Shown one piece after another: positions 37,564 to 51,300 of a DNA stretch of 64,000 nt. The notes below the pieces were generated by a model that had not been told where the DNA came from, searched no databases, and was given only the letters and a program-made list of their open reading frames with translations. The position numbers and the translations under genes are program-made. Position 1 is the stretch's first letter. Every line of letters begins with the position of its first letter. Origin of the DNA: Antedon mediterranea (Eukaryota > Animalia > Echinodermata); NCBI RefSeq assembly GCF_964355755.1, contig NC_092673.1, positions 10,636,948-10,700,947 of the forward strand. Direction: 5' to 3'.

Positions 37564-40500
37564 TCAGCGAGAGTGATAGATCAGCGAGAAAGAGATAGAT
37601 CAGCAAGATAGAGATAGATCAGCGAGAGAGAGATAGATCAGCGAGAGAGAGATAAATCAGCGAGAGAGAGATAGATCAGCGAGAGAGAGATAAATCAGCG
37701 ACAGAGAGATAGATCAGCGAGAGAGAGATAGATAGATCAGCGAGAGAGAGATAGATCAGCGAGAGATAGATAGATCAGCGAGAGAGAGATAGATCAGCGA
37801 GAGAGAGATAGATCATCGGGCGAGAGATAGATCAGCGAGAGAGATAGATCAGCGAGAGAGAGATAGATAGATCAACGAGAGAGAGAGATAGATCAGCGAG
37901 AGATAGATAGATCAGCGAGAGAGAGATAGATCAGCGAGAGAGAGATAGATCAGAAGGCGAGAGATAGGTCAGCGAGAGAGAGATAGATCAGCGAGAGATA
38001 GATCAGCGAGAGATAGATAGATCAGCGAGAGATAGATAGATCAGCGAGAGAGAGATAGATCAGCGAGAGAAAGATAGATCAACGAGAGAGAGATAGATCA
38101 ACGAGAGATAGATAGATCAGCTAGAGAGAGAGATAGATAGATCAGCGAGAGAGAGATAGATAGATCAGCGAGAGAGAGAGATAGATAAGCGAGAGAGAGA
38201 GAGAGATAGATAGATCAGCGAGAGAGATAGATAGATCAGCGAGAGAGATAGATAGATCAGCGAGAGAGAGATAGATCAGCGAGAGAGATAGATCAGCGAG
38301 AGAGAGATAGATCAGCGAGAGAGAGATAGATCAGCGAGAGAGAGATAGATCAGCGAGAGAGAGATAGATCAGCGAGAGAGAGAGATAGATCAACGAGAGA
38401 TAGATAGATCAGCTAGAGAGATAGATAGATAGATCAGCGAGAGAGAGATAGATAGATCAGCGAGAGAGATAGAGAGATAGATAGATCAGTGAGAGAGAGA
38501 TAGATCAGCGAGAGAGAGATAGATCAGCGAGAGTGAGATAGATCAGCGAGAGTGAGGTAGATCAGCGAGAGAGAGATAAATCAGCTAGAGAGAAATAGAT
38601 CTGCGAGAAAGAGAGAGAGATAGATCAGCGAGAGAGAGATAGATCAGCGAGAGAGAGAAAGAGATAGATCAGCGAGAAAGAGAGATAGGTCAGCGAGAGA
38701 GAGAGTTAGATCAGCGAGAGAGAGAGAGATAGATCAGCGAGAGAGAGATAGATCAGCGAGAGAGAGACCGATCAGCGAGAGAGAGATAGATAGATCAGCG
38801 AGAGAGAGATAGATCAACAAGAGAGAGATAGATCAGTGAGAGAGAGATAGATAGATCAGCGAGAGAGAGATAGATGAGCGAGAGAGAGATAGATAGATCA
38901 GCGAGAGATAGATAGATCAGTGAGAGAGAGATAGATAGATCAGCGGGAGAGAGATAGATAGATCAGCGAGAGAGAGATAGATCAGCGAGAGAGAGATAGA
39001 TAGATCAGCGAGAGAGAGATAGATCAGCGAGAAAGAGATAGATAGATCAGCGAGAGAGAGATAGATAGATCAGCGAGAGATAAATAGATCAGCGAGAGAG
39101 AGATAGATAGATCAGCGAGAGAGGGATAGATAGATCAGCGAGAGAGAGATAGATCAGCGAGAGAGAGAAAGATAGATCAGCGAGAGAGAGATAGATCAGC
39201 GAGAGAGAGATAGATAGATCAGCGAGAGAGAGATAGATCAGCGAGAGAGAGATAGATAGATAAGCGAGAGAGAGATAGATCAGCGAGAGAGAGATAGATC
39301 AGCGAGAGATAGATAGATCAGCGAGAGAGAGATAGATCAGCGAGAAAGAGATAGATCAGCGAGAGAGAGAGAGATCAGCGAGAGAGAGATAGATCAGCGA
39401 GAGAGAGATAGATCAGCGAGAGATAGATAGATCAGCGAGAGAGATAGATCAGAAAAAGAGAGATAGATCAACGAGAGAGAGATAGATCAGCGAGAGATAG
39501 ATAGATCAGCGAGAGAGAGATAGATAGATCAGCGAGAGAAAGATAGATAGATCAGCGAGAGAGAGATAGATAGATCAGCGAGAGAGAGATAAATAGATCA
39601 GCGAGAGAGAGATAGGTAGATCAGCGAGAGACAGATAGATAGATCAGCGAGAGACAGATAGATAGATCAGCGAGAGACAGATAGATAGATCAGCGAGGGA
39701 GAGATAGATAGATCAGCGAGAGAGAGAGAGAGAGAGATAGATCAGCGAGAGAGAGAGAGAGAGAGATAGATCAGCGAGAGAGAGAGAGAGAGAGAGACAG
39801 ATCAGCGAGAGTGATAGATCAGCGAGAAAGAGATAGATCAGCGAGATAGAGATAGATCAGCGAGAGAGAGATAGATCAGCGAGAGAGAGATAAATCAGCG
39901 AGAGAGAGATAGATCAGCGAGAGAGAGATAAATCAGCGACAGAGAGATAGATCAGCGAGAGAGAGATAGATAGATCAGCGAGAGAGCGATAGATCAGCGA
40001 GAGATAGATAGATCAGCGAGAGAGAGATAGATCAGCGAGAGAGAGAGATAGATCATCGGGCGAGAGATAGATCAGCGAGAGAGATAGATCAGCGAGAGAT
40101 AGATAGATCAGCGAGAGATAGATAGATCAGCGAGAGAGAGATAGATCAGCGAGAGAGAGAAAGATCAGCGAGAGAGAGATAGATCAACGAGAGATAGATA
40201 GATCAGCTAGAGAGAGAGAGATAGATAGATCAGCGAGAGAGAGATGGATAAATCAGCGAGAGAGAGATAGATAAATCAGCGAGATAGAGAGATAGATAAG
40301 CGAGAGAGAGAGATAGATAGATCAGCGAGAGAGATAGATAGATCAGCGAGAGAGATAGATAGATCAGCGAGAGAGAGATAGATCAGCGAGAGAGATAGAT
40401 CAGAGAGAGAAAGATAGATCAACCAGAGAGAGATAGATCAGCGAATGAGAGATAGATCAGCGAGAGAGAGATAGATCAACGAGAGATAGATAGATCAGCT

Positions 40501-40670
40501 AGAGAGAGAGATAGATAGATCAGCGAGAGAGAGATAGATAGATCAGCGACAGAGATAGAGAGATAGATAGATCAACGAGAGAGATAGATAGATCAGCGAG
40601 AGAGAAAGATAGATCAGCGAGAGAGAGATAGATCAGCGAGAGTGAGGTAGATCAGCGAGAGAGAGATAGA

Positions 40671-40711
<41 letters not shown>

Positions 40712-41090
40712 TCAGCGAGAGAGATATAGATCAGCGAGAGAGAGAGAGAGAGATAGATCAGCGAGAAAGAAAGATAGGTCAGCGAGAGAGAGAGATAGAT
40801 CAGCGAGAGAGAGAGAGATAGATCAGCGAGAAAGAGACAGATCAGCGAGAGAGAGATAGATAGATCAGCGAGAGAGAGAAAGATCAACGAGAGAGAGATA
40901 GATCAGTGAGAGAGAGATAGATAGATCAGCGAGAGAGAGATAGATGAGCGAGAGAGAGATAGATAGACCAGCGAGAGATAGATAGATCAGTGAGAGAGAG
41001 ATAGATAGATCAGCAAGAGAGAAATAGATAGATCAGCGAGAGTGAGATAGATCAGCGAGAGAGAGATAGATCAGTGAGAGAGAGTTAGAT

Positions 41091-41128
<38 letters not shown>

Positions 41129-41810
41129 TCAGCGAGAGAGAGATAGATCAGCGAGAGAGAGAGGGAGAGAGAGAGAGAGAGATAGATCAGCGAGAAAGAA
41201 AGATAGGTCAGCGAGAGAGAGAGATAGATCAGCGAGAGAGAGAGAGATAGATCAGCGAGAGAGAAATAGATAGATCAGCGAGAGAGAGATAGATCAACGA
41301 GAGAGAGATAGATCAGTGAGAGAGAGATAGATAGATCAGCGAGAGAGAGATAGATGAGCGAGACAGAGATAGATAGATCAGCGAGAGATAGATAGATCAG
41401 TGAGAGATAGATAAATCAGCGAGAGAGAGAGATAGATAAGCGAGAGAGAGAGATAGATAGATCAGCGAGAGAGATAGATAGATCAGCGAGAGAGATAGAT
41501 AGATCAGCGAGAGAGAGAAAGATCAGCGAGAGAGATAGATCAGCGAGAGAGAGATAGATCAACCAGAGAGAGATAGATCAGCGAATGAGAGATAGATCAG
41601 CGAGAGAGAGATAGATCAACGAGAGATAGATAGATCAGCTAGAGAGAGAGATAGATAGATCAGCGAGAGAGAGATAGATAGATCAGCGACAGAGATAGAG
41701 AGATAGATAGATCAACGAGAGAGATAGATAGATCAGCGAGAGAGAGAGATAGATCAGCGAGAGAGAGATAGATCAGCGAGAGTGAGGTAGATCAGCGAGA
41801 GAGAGATAGA

Positions 41811-41855
<45 letters not shown>

Positions 41856-42215
41856 TCAGCGAGAGAGATATAGATCAGCGAGAGAGAGAGAGAGAGATAG
41901 ATCAGCGAGAAAGAAAGATAGGTCAGCGAGAGAGAGAGATAGATCAGCGAGAGAGAGACAGATCAGCGAGAGAGAGATAGATAGATCAGCGAGAGAGAGA
42001 TAGATCAACGAGAGAGAGATAGATCAGTGAGAGAGAGAGAGATAGATAGATCAGCGAGAGAGAGATAGATGAGCGAGAGAGAGATAGATAGACCAGCGAG
42101 AGATAGATAGATCAGTGAGAGAGAGATAGATAGATCAGCAAGAGAGAAATAGATAGATCAGCGAGAGTGAGATAGATCAGCGAGAGAGAGATAGATCAGT
42201 GAGAGAGAGTTAGAT

Positions 42216-42251
<36 letters not shown>

Positions 42252-42270
42252 TCAGCGAGAGAGAGATAGA

Positions 42271-42307
<37 letters not shown>

Positions 42308-43785
42308 TCAGCGAGAAAGAAAGATAGGTCAGCGAGAGAGAGAGATAGATCAGCGAGAGAGAGAGAGATAGATCAGCGAGAGAGAAATAGATAGATCAGC
42401 GAGAGAGAGATAGATCAACGAGAGAGAGATAGATCAGTGAGAGAGAGATAGATAGATCAGCGAGAGAGAGATAGATGAGCGAGACAGAGATAGATAGATC
42501 AGCGAGAGATAGATAGATCAGTGAGAGAGAGATAGATAGATCAGCAAGAGAGAGATAGATAGATCAGCGAGAGAGAGATAGATCAGCGTGAGAGAGATAG
42601 ATAGATCAGCGAGAGAGAGAGATAGATCAGCGAGAGAGAGATAGATAGATCAGCGAGAGAGAGATAGATCAGCGAGAGAGAGATAGATATATCAGCGAGA
42701 GAGATATAGATAGATCAGCGAGAGAGAGATAGATAGATCAGCGAGAGAGAGAGATAGATAGATCAGCGAGAGAGAGATAGATAGATAGATCAGCGAGAGA
42801 GAGATAGATCAGCGAGAGATAGATAGATCAGCGAGAGAGAGAGAGATAGATCAGCGAGAGAGAGATAGATCAGCGAGAGAGAGATAGATCAGCGAGAGAG
42901 AGATAGATCAGCGAGAGATAGATAGATCAGCGAGAGAGAGATAGATCAGCGAGAGAGAGAGATAGATCAGCGAGAGAGAGAGATCAGCGAGAGAGAGATA
43001 GATCAGCGAGAGAGAGATAGATCAGCGAGAGAGAGAGATAAATCAGCGAGAGAGAGAGATAGATCAGCGAGAGAGAGATAAATCAGCGAGAGAGAGATAG
43101 ATCAGCGAGAGAGAGATAGATAGATAGATCAGCGAGAGAGAGATAGATCAGCGAGAGATAGATAGATCAGCAGGCGAGAGAGAGAGAGATAGATCAGCGA
43201 GAGAGATAGATAGATCAGCGAGAGAGAGAGATAGATCAGCGAGATATAGATAGATCAGCGAGAGAGAGATAGACCAGCGAGAGAGAGATAGAACAGCGGG
43301 TGAGAGATAGATCAGCGAGAGAGAGATAGATCAGCGAGAGATAGATAGATCAGCAAGAGATAGATAGATCAGCGAGAGAGAGAGATAGATCAGCGAGAGA
43401 GAGAGATAGATCAGCGAGAGAGAGATAGATCAACGAGAGATAGATAGATCAGCTAGAGAGAGAGATAGATAGATCAGCGAGAGAGAGATAGATAGATCAG
43501 CGAGAGAGAGAGATAGATAAGCGAGAGAGAGAGATAGATAGATCAGCGAGAGGGATAGATAGATCAGCGAGAGAGATAGATAGATCAGCGAGAGAGAGAT
43601 AGATCAGCGAGAGAGATAGATCAGCGAGAGAGAGATAGATCAGCGAGAGAGAGATAGATGAGCGAGAGAGAGAGATAGATCAGCGAGAGAGAGATAGATC
43701 AACGAGAGATAGATAGATCAGCTAGAGAGAGAGAGATAGATAGATCAGCGAGAGAGAGATAGATAGATCAGCGAGAGAGATAGAT

Positions 43786-43831
<46 letters not shown>

Positions 43832-44913
43832 TAGATCAACGAGAGAGATAGATAGATCAGCGGGAGAGATAGATAGATCAGCGAGAGAGATAGATAGATC
43901 AGCGAGAGAGAGATAGATAAGCGAGAGATAGATAGATCAGCGAGAGAGAGAGATAGATCAGCGGGACAGAGATAGATAGATCAGCGAGAGAGAGATAGAT
44001 CAGCGAGAGAGAGATAGATAGATCAGCGAGAGAGAGATAGATGAGCGAGAGAGAGATAGATAGATCAGCGAGAGATAGATAGATCAGTGAGAGAGAGATA
44101 GATAGATCAGCGAGAGAGAGATAGATAGATCAGCGAGAGAGAGATAGATCAGCGAGAGAGAGATAGATCAGCGGGAGAGAGATAGATAGATCAGCGAGAG
44201 AGAGATAGATCAGCGAGAGAGAGATAGATAGATCAGCGAGAGAGAGATAGATCAGCGAGAGAGAGATAGATAGATCAGCGAGAGATAGATAGATCAGCGA
44301 GAGAGAGATAGATAGATCAGCGAGAGAGGGATAGATAGATCAGCGAGAGAGAGATAGATCAGCGAGAGAGAGATAGATAGATCAGCGAGAGAGAGATAGA
44401 TCAGCGAGAGAGAGATAGATAGATCAGCGAGAGAGAGATAGATCAGCGAGAGAGAGATAGATAGATCAGCAAGAGAGAGATAGATCAGCGAGAGAGAGAT
44501 AGATCAGCGAGAGATAGATAGATCAGCGAGAGAGATAGATCAGCGAGAGAGAGATAGATCAGCGAGAGAGAGAGAGATCAGCGAGAGAGAGATAGATCAG
44601 CGAGAGAAAGATAGATCAGCGAGAGATAGATAGATCAGCGAGAGAGATAGATCAGCGAAAGAGAGATAGATCAACGAGAGAGATAGATCAGCGAGAGATA
44701 GATAGATCAGCGAGAGAGAGATAGATAGATCAGCGAGAGAAAGATAGATAGATCAGCGAGAGAGAGATAGATAGATCAGCGAGAGAGAGATAGATAGATC
44801 AGCGAGAAAGAGATAGGTAGATCAGCGAGAGACAGATAGATAGATCAGCGAGAGACAGATAGATAGATCAGCGAGAGACAGATAGATAGATCAGCGAGGG
44901 AGAGATAGATAGA

Positions 44914-44944
<31 letters not shown>

Positions 44945-45330
44945 TAGATCAGCGAGAGAGAGAGAGAGATAGATCAGCGAGAGAGAGAGAGAGAGATAGA
45001 TCAGCGAGAGAGATAGATAGATCAGCGAGAGAGATAGATAGATCAGCGAGAGAGAGATAGATCAGCGAGAGAGATAGATCAGCGAGAGAGAGATAGATCA
45101 ACCAGAGAGAGATAGATCAGCGAATGAGAGATAGATCAGCGAGAGAGAGATAGATCAACGAGAGATAGATAGATCAGCTAGAGAGAGAGATAGATAGATC
45201 AGCGAGAGAGAGATAGATAGATCAGCGACAGAGATAGAGAGATAGATAGATCAACGAGAGAGATAGATAGATCAGCGAGAGAGAGAGATAGATCAGCGAG
45301 AGTGAGGTAGATCAGCGAGAGAGAGATAGA

Positions 45331-45361
<31 letters not shown>

Positions 45362-45744
45362 TAGATCAGCGAGAGAGATATAGATCAGCGAGAGAGAGAG
45401 AGAGAGATAGATCAGCGAGAAAGAAAGATAGGTCAGCGAGAGAGAGAGATAGATCAGCGAGAGAGAGAGAGATAGATCAGCGAGAGAGAGACAGATCAGC
45501 GAGAGAGAGATAGATAGATCAGCGAGAGAGAGATAGATCAACGAGAGAGAGATAGATCAGTGAGAGAGAGATAGATAGATCAGCGAGAGAGAGATAGATG
45601 AGCGAGAGAGAGATAGATAGACCAGCGAGAGATAGATAGATCAGTGAGAGAGAGATAGATAGATCAGCAAGAGAGAAATAGATAGATCAGCGAGAGTGAG
45701 ATAGATCAGCGAGAGAGAGATAGATCAGTGAGAGAGAGTTAGAT

Positions 45745-45786
<42 letters not shown>

Positions 45787-48185
45787 TCAGCAAGAGAGAG
45801 ATAGATCAGCGAGAGAGAGAGAGAGAGAGAGATAGATCAGCGAGAAAGAAAGATAGGTCAGCGAGAGAGAGAGATAGATCAGCGAGAGAGAGAGAGATAG
45901 ATCAGCGAGAGAGAAATAGATAGATCAGCGAGAGAGAGATAGATCAACGAGAGAGAGATAGATCAGTGAGAGAGAGATAGATAGATCAGCGAGAGAGAGA
46001 TAGATGAGCGAGACAGAGATAGATAGATCAGCGAGAGATAGATAGATCAGTGAGAGAGAGATAGATAGATCAGCAAGAGAGAGATAGATAGATCAGCGAG
46101 AGAGAGATAGATCAGCGAGAGAGAGATAGATAGATCAGCGAGAGAGAGAGATAGATCAGCGAGAGAGAGATAGATAGATCAGCGAGAGAGAGATAGATCA
46201 GCGAGAGAGAGATAGATAGATCAGCGAGAGAGATATAGATAGATCAGCGAGAGAGAGATAGATAGATCAGCGAGAGAGAGAGATAGATAGATCAGCGAGA
46301 GAGAGATAGATAGATAGATCAGCGAGAGAGAGATAGATCAGCGAGAGATAGATAGATCAGCGAGAGAGAGAGAGATAGATCAGCGAGAGAGAGATAGATC
46401 AGCGAGAGAGAGATAGATCAGCGAGAGAGAGATAGATCAGCGAGAGATAGATAGATCAGCGAGAGAGAGATAGATCAGCGAGAGAGAGAGATAGATCAGC
46501 GAGAGAGAGAGATCAGCGAGAGAGAGATAGATCAGCGAGAGAGAGATAGATCAGCGAGAGAGAGAGATAAATCAGCGAGAGAGAGATAGATCAGCGAGAG
46601 AGAGATAAATCAGCGAGAGAGAGATAGATCAGCGAGAGAGAGATAGATAGATAGATCAGCGAGAGAGAGATAGATCAGCGAGAGATAGATAGATCAGCAG
46701 GCGAGAGAGAGAGAGATAGATCAGCGAGAGAGAGATAGATAGATCAGCGAGAGAGAGAGATAGATCAGCGAGATATAGATAGATCAGCGAGAGAGAGATA
46801 GACCAGCGAGAGAGAGATAGAACAGCGGGTGAGAGATAGATCAGCGAGAGAGAGATAGATCAGCGAGAGATAGATAGATCAGCAAGAGATAGATAGATCA
46901 GCGAGAGAGAGAGATAGATCAGCGAGAGAGAGAGATAGATCAGCGAGAGAGAGATAGATCAACGAGAGATAGATAGATCAGCTAGAGAGAGAGATAGATA
47001 GATCAGCGAGAGAGAGATAGATAGATCAGCGAGAGAGAGAGATAGATAAGCGAGAGAGAGAGAGATAGATAGATCAGCGAGAGGGATAGATAGATCAGCG
47101 AGAGAGATAGATAGATCAGCGAGAGAGAGATAGATCAGCGAGAGAGATAGATCAGCGAGAGAGAGATAGATCAGCGAGAGAGAGATAGATGAGCGAGAGA
47201 GAGAGATAGATCAGCGAGAGAGAGATAGATCAACGAGAGATAGATAGATCAGCTAGAGAGAGAGATAGATCAGCGAGAGAGAGATAGATCAGCGAGAGAG
47301 AGATAGATCAGCGAGAGATAGATAGATCAGCGAGAGAGAGATAGATCAGCGAGAGAGAGAGATAGATCAGCGAGAGAGAGAGATCAGCGAGAGAGAGATA
47401 GATCAGCGAGAGAGAGATAGATCAGCGAGAGAGAGAGATAAATCAGCGAGAGAGAGATAGATCAGCGAGAGAGAGATAAATCAGCGAGAGAGAGATAGAT
47501 CAGCGAGAGAGAGATAGATAGATAGATCAGCGAGAGAGAGATAGATCAGCGAGAGATAGATAGATCAGCAGGCGAGAGAGAGAGAGATAGATCAGCGAGA
47601 GAGAGATAGATAGATCAGCGAGAGAGAGAGATAGATCAGCGAGATATAGATAGATCAGCGAGAGAGAGATAGACCAGCGAGAGAGAGATAGAACAGCGGG
47701 TGAGAGATAGATCAGCGAGAGAGAGATAGATCAGCGAGAGATAGATAGATCAGCAAGAGATAGATAGATCAGCGAGAGAGAGAGATAGATCAGCGAGAGA
47801 GAGAGATAGATCAGCGAGAGAGAGATAGATCAACGAGAGATAGATAGATCAGCTAGAGAGAGAGATAGATAGATCAGCGAGAGAGAGATAGATAGATCAG
47901 CGAGAGAGAGAGATAGATAAGCGAGAGAGAGAGAGATAGATAGATCAGCGAGAGGGATAGATAGATCAGCGAGAGAGATAGATAGATCAGCGAGAGAGAG
48001 ATAGATCAGCGAGAGAGATAGATCAGCGAGAGAGAGATAGATCAGCGAGAGAGAGATAGATGAGCGAGAGAGAGAGATAGATCAGCGAGAGAGAGATAGA
48101 TCAACGAGAGATAGATAGATCAGCTAGAGAGAGAGATAGATAGATCAGCGAGAGAGAGATAGATAGATCAGCGAGAGAGATAGAT

Positions 48186-48236
<51 letters not shown>

Positions 48237-48293
48237 AGAGAGCAGCGAGAGAGAGAGAGAGAGAGAGAGAGATCAGCGAGAGAGATAGATCAG

Positions 48294-48336
<43 letters not shown>

Positions 48337-51300
48337 TCAGCGAGAGAGAGAGATAGATCAGCGAGAGAGAGAGAGAGAGAGAGAGATCAGCGAGAGAGAT
48401 AGATCAGCGAGAGAGAGAGATAGATCAGCGAGAGAGAGAGAGATATATCAGCGAGAGAGAGATAGATCAGCGAGAGAGAGATAGATCAGCGAGAGAGAGA
48501 GATAGATCAGCGAGAGAGAGATAGATCAGCGAGAGATAGATAGATCAGCGAGAGAGAGATAGATCAGCGAGAGAGATAGATCAGCGGGCGAGAGATAGAT
48601 CAGCGAGAGAGAGATAGATCAGCGAGAGATAGATAGATCAGCGAGAGATAGATAGATCAGCGAGAGAGAGAGATAGATCAACGAGAGAGAGATAGATCAG
48701 CGAGAGAGAGATAGATCAACGAGAGATAGATAGATCAGCTAGAGAGAGAGATAGATAGATCAGCGAGAGAGAGAGATAGATAGATCAGCGAGAGAGAGAG
48801 ATAGATAAGCGAGAGAGAGAGAGAGATAGATAGATCAGCGAGAGAGATAGATAGATCAGCGAGAGAGATAGATAGATCAGCGAGAGAGAGATAGATCAGA
48901 AAGAGAGATAGATCAGCGACAGAGAGATAGATCAGCGAGAGAGAGATAGATCAGCGAGAGAGAGATAGATCAGCGAGAGAGAGATAGATCAACGAGAGAT
49001 AGATAGATCAGCTAGAAAGAGAGATAGATAGATCAGCGAGAGAGAGATAGATAGATCAACGAGAGAGATAGATAGATCAGCGAGAGAGAGATAGATCAGT
49101 GAGAGAGAGATAGATCAGCGAAAGTGAGATAGATCCGCGAGAGAGAGATAGATCAGCGAGAGAGAGATAGATCAGCGAGAGAGAGAGAGAGAGAGATAGA
49201 GCAGCGAGAGAGAGAGATAGATCAGCGAGAGAGAGAGAGAGATAGATCAGCGAGAAAGAGAGATAGGTCAGCGAGAGAGAGAGATAGATCAGCGAGAGAG
49301 AGAGATAGATCAGCGAGAGAGAGATAGAACAGCGAGAGAGAGAGACAGATCAGCGAGAGAGAGATAGATAGATCAGCTAGAGAGAGATAGATCAACGAGA
49401 GAGAGATAGATAAGCGAGAGAGAGATAGATCGATCAGCGAGAGAGAGATAGATGAGCGAGAGAGAGGTAGATAGATCAGCGAGAGATAGATAGATCAGTG
49501 AGAGAGGGATAGATAGATCAGGGAGAGAGAGATAGATAGATCAGCGAGAGAGAGATAGATCAGCGAGAGAGAGATAGATAGATCAGCGAGAGAGAGATAG
49601 ATCAGCGAGAGAGAGATAGAAAGATCAGCGAGAGAGAGAGATAGATCAGCGAGAGAGAGATAGATAGATCAGCGAGAGAGATATAGATAGATCAGCGAGA
49701 AAGAGATAGATAGATCAGCGAGAGAGAGATAGATAGATCAGCGAGAGAGAGATAGATAGATCAGCGAGAGAGAGATAGATAGATCAGCGAGAGAGAGATA
49801 GATAGATAGATCAGCGAGAGAGAGATAGATAGATCAGCGAGAGAGAGAGATAGATCAGCGAGAGAGAGATAGATCAGCGAGAGAGAGAGATAGATCAGCG
49901 AGAGAGAGATAGATCAGCGAGAGATAGATAGATCAGCGAGAGAGAGATAGATCAGCGAGAGAGAGATAGATCAGCGAGAGAGAGAGAGATCAGCGAGAGA
50001 GAGATAGATCAGCGAGAGATAGATAGATCAGCGAGAGAGAGATAGATCAGCGAGAGAAAGATAGATCAGCGAGAGAGAGAGATCAGCGAGAGAGAGATAG
50101 ATCAGCGAGAGAGAGATAGATCAGCGAGAGATAGATAGATCAGCGAGAGAGATAGATCAGCGAGAGAGAGATAGATCAACGAGAGAGAGATAGATCAGCG
50201 AGAGATAGATAGATCAGCGAGAGAGAGATAGATAGATCAGCGAGAGAAAGATAGATAGATCAGCGAGAGAGAGATAGATAGATCAGCGAGAGAGAGATAG
50301 ATAGATGAGCGAGAGAGAGATAGGTAGATCAGCGAGAGACAGATAGATAGATGAGCGAGAGACAGATAGATAGATCAGCGAGAGACAGATAGATAGATCA
50401 GCGAGGGAGAGATAGATAGATCAGCGAGATAGAGAGAGAGAGATAGATCAGCGAGAGAGAGAGAGATAGATAAACGAGAGAGAGATAGATCAGCGAGAGT
50501 GATAGATCAGCGAGAGAGAGAGATAGATCAGCGAGAGAGAGAGATAGATCAGCGAGAGAGAGATAGATCAGCGAGAGATAGATAGATCAGCGAGAGAGAT
50601 AGATCAGCGAGAGAGAGATAGATCAACGAGAGAGAGATAGATCAGCGAGAGATAGATAGATCAGCGAGAGAGAGATAGATAGATCAGCGAGAGAAAGATA
50701 GATAGATCAGCGAGAGAGAGATAGATAGATCAGCGAGAGAGAGATAGATAGATCAGCGAGAGAGAGATAGGTATATCAGCGAGAGACAGATAGATAGATG
50801 AGCGAGAGACAGATAGATAGATCAGCGAGAGACAGATAGATAGATCAGCGAGGGAGAGATAGATAGATCAGCGAGAGAGAGAGAGAGATAGATCAGCGAG
50901 AGAGAGAGAGATAGATCAGCGAGAGAGAGAGATAGATCAGCGAGAGTGATAGATCAGCGAGAGAGAGAGATAGATCAGAGAGAGAGAGAGATAGATCAGC
51001 GAGAGAGAGATAGATCAGCGAGAGAGATAGATCAGCGAGATAGAGATAGATCAGCAAGAGAGAGGGAGAGAGAGAGAGAGAAATAGATCAGCGAGAGAGA
51101 GAGAGAGAGATAGATCAGCGAGAGAGAGAGATAGATCAGCGAGAGTGATTGATCAGCGAGAAAGAGATAGATCAGCGAGATAGAGATAGATCAGCGAGAG
51201 AGAGATAGATCAGCGAGAGAGAGATAAATCACCGAGAGAGAGATAGATAGATCAGCGAGAGAGAGATAAATCAGCGAGAGAGATATAGATCAGCGAGAGA

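Noticed and set aside
40633-45541. Ser/Leu-rich ORFs at 40633-40887 and 45293-45541
   Set aside because: Translation of (CT)n repeats.
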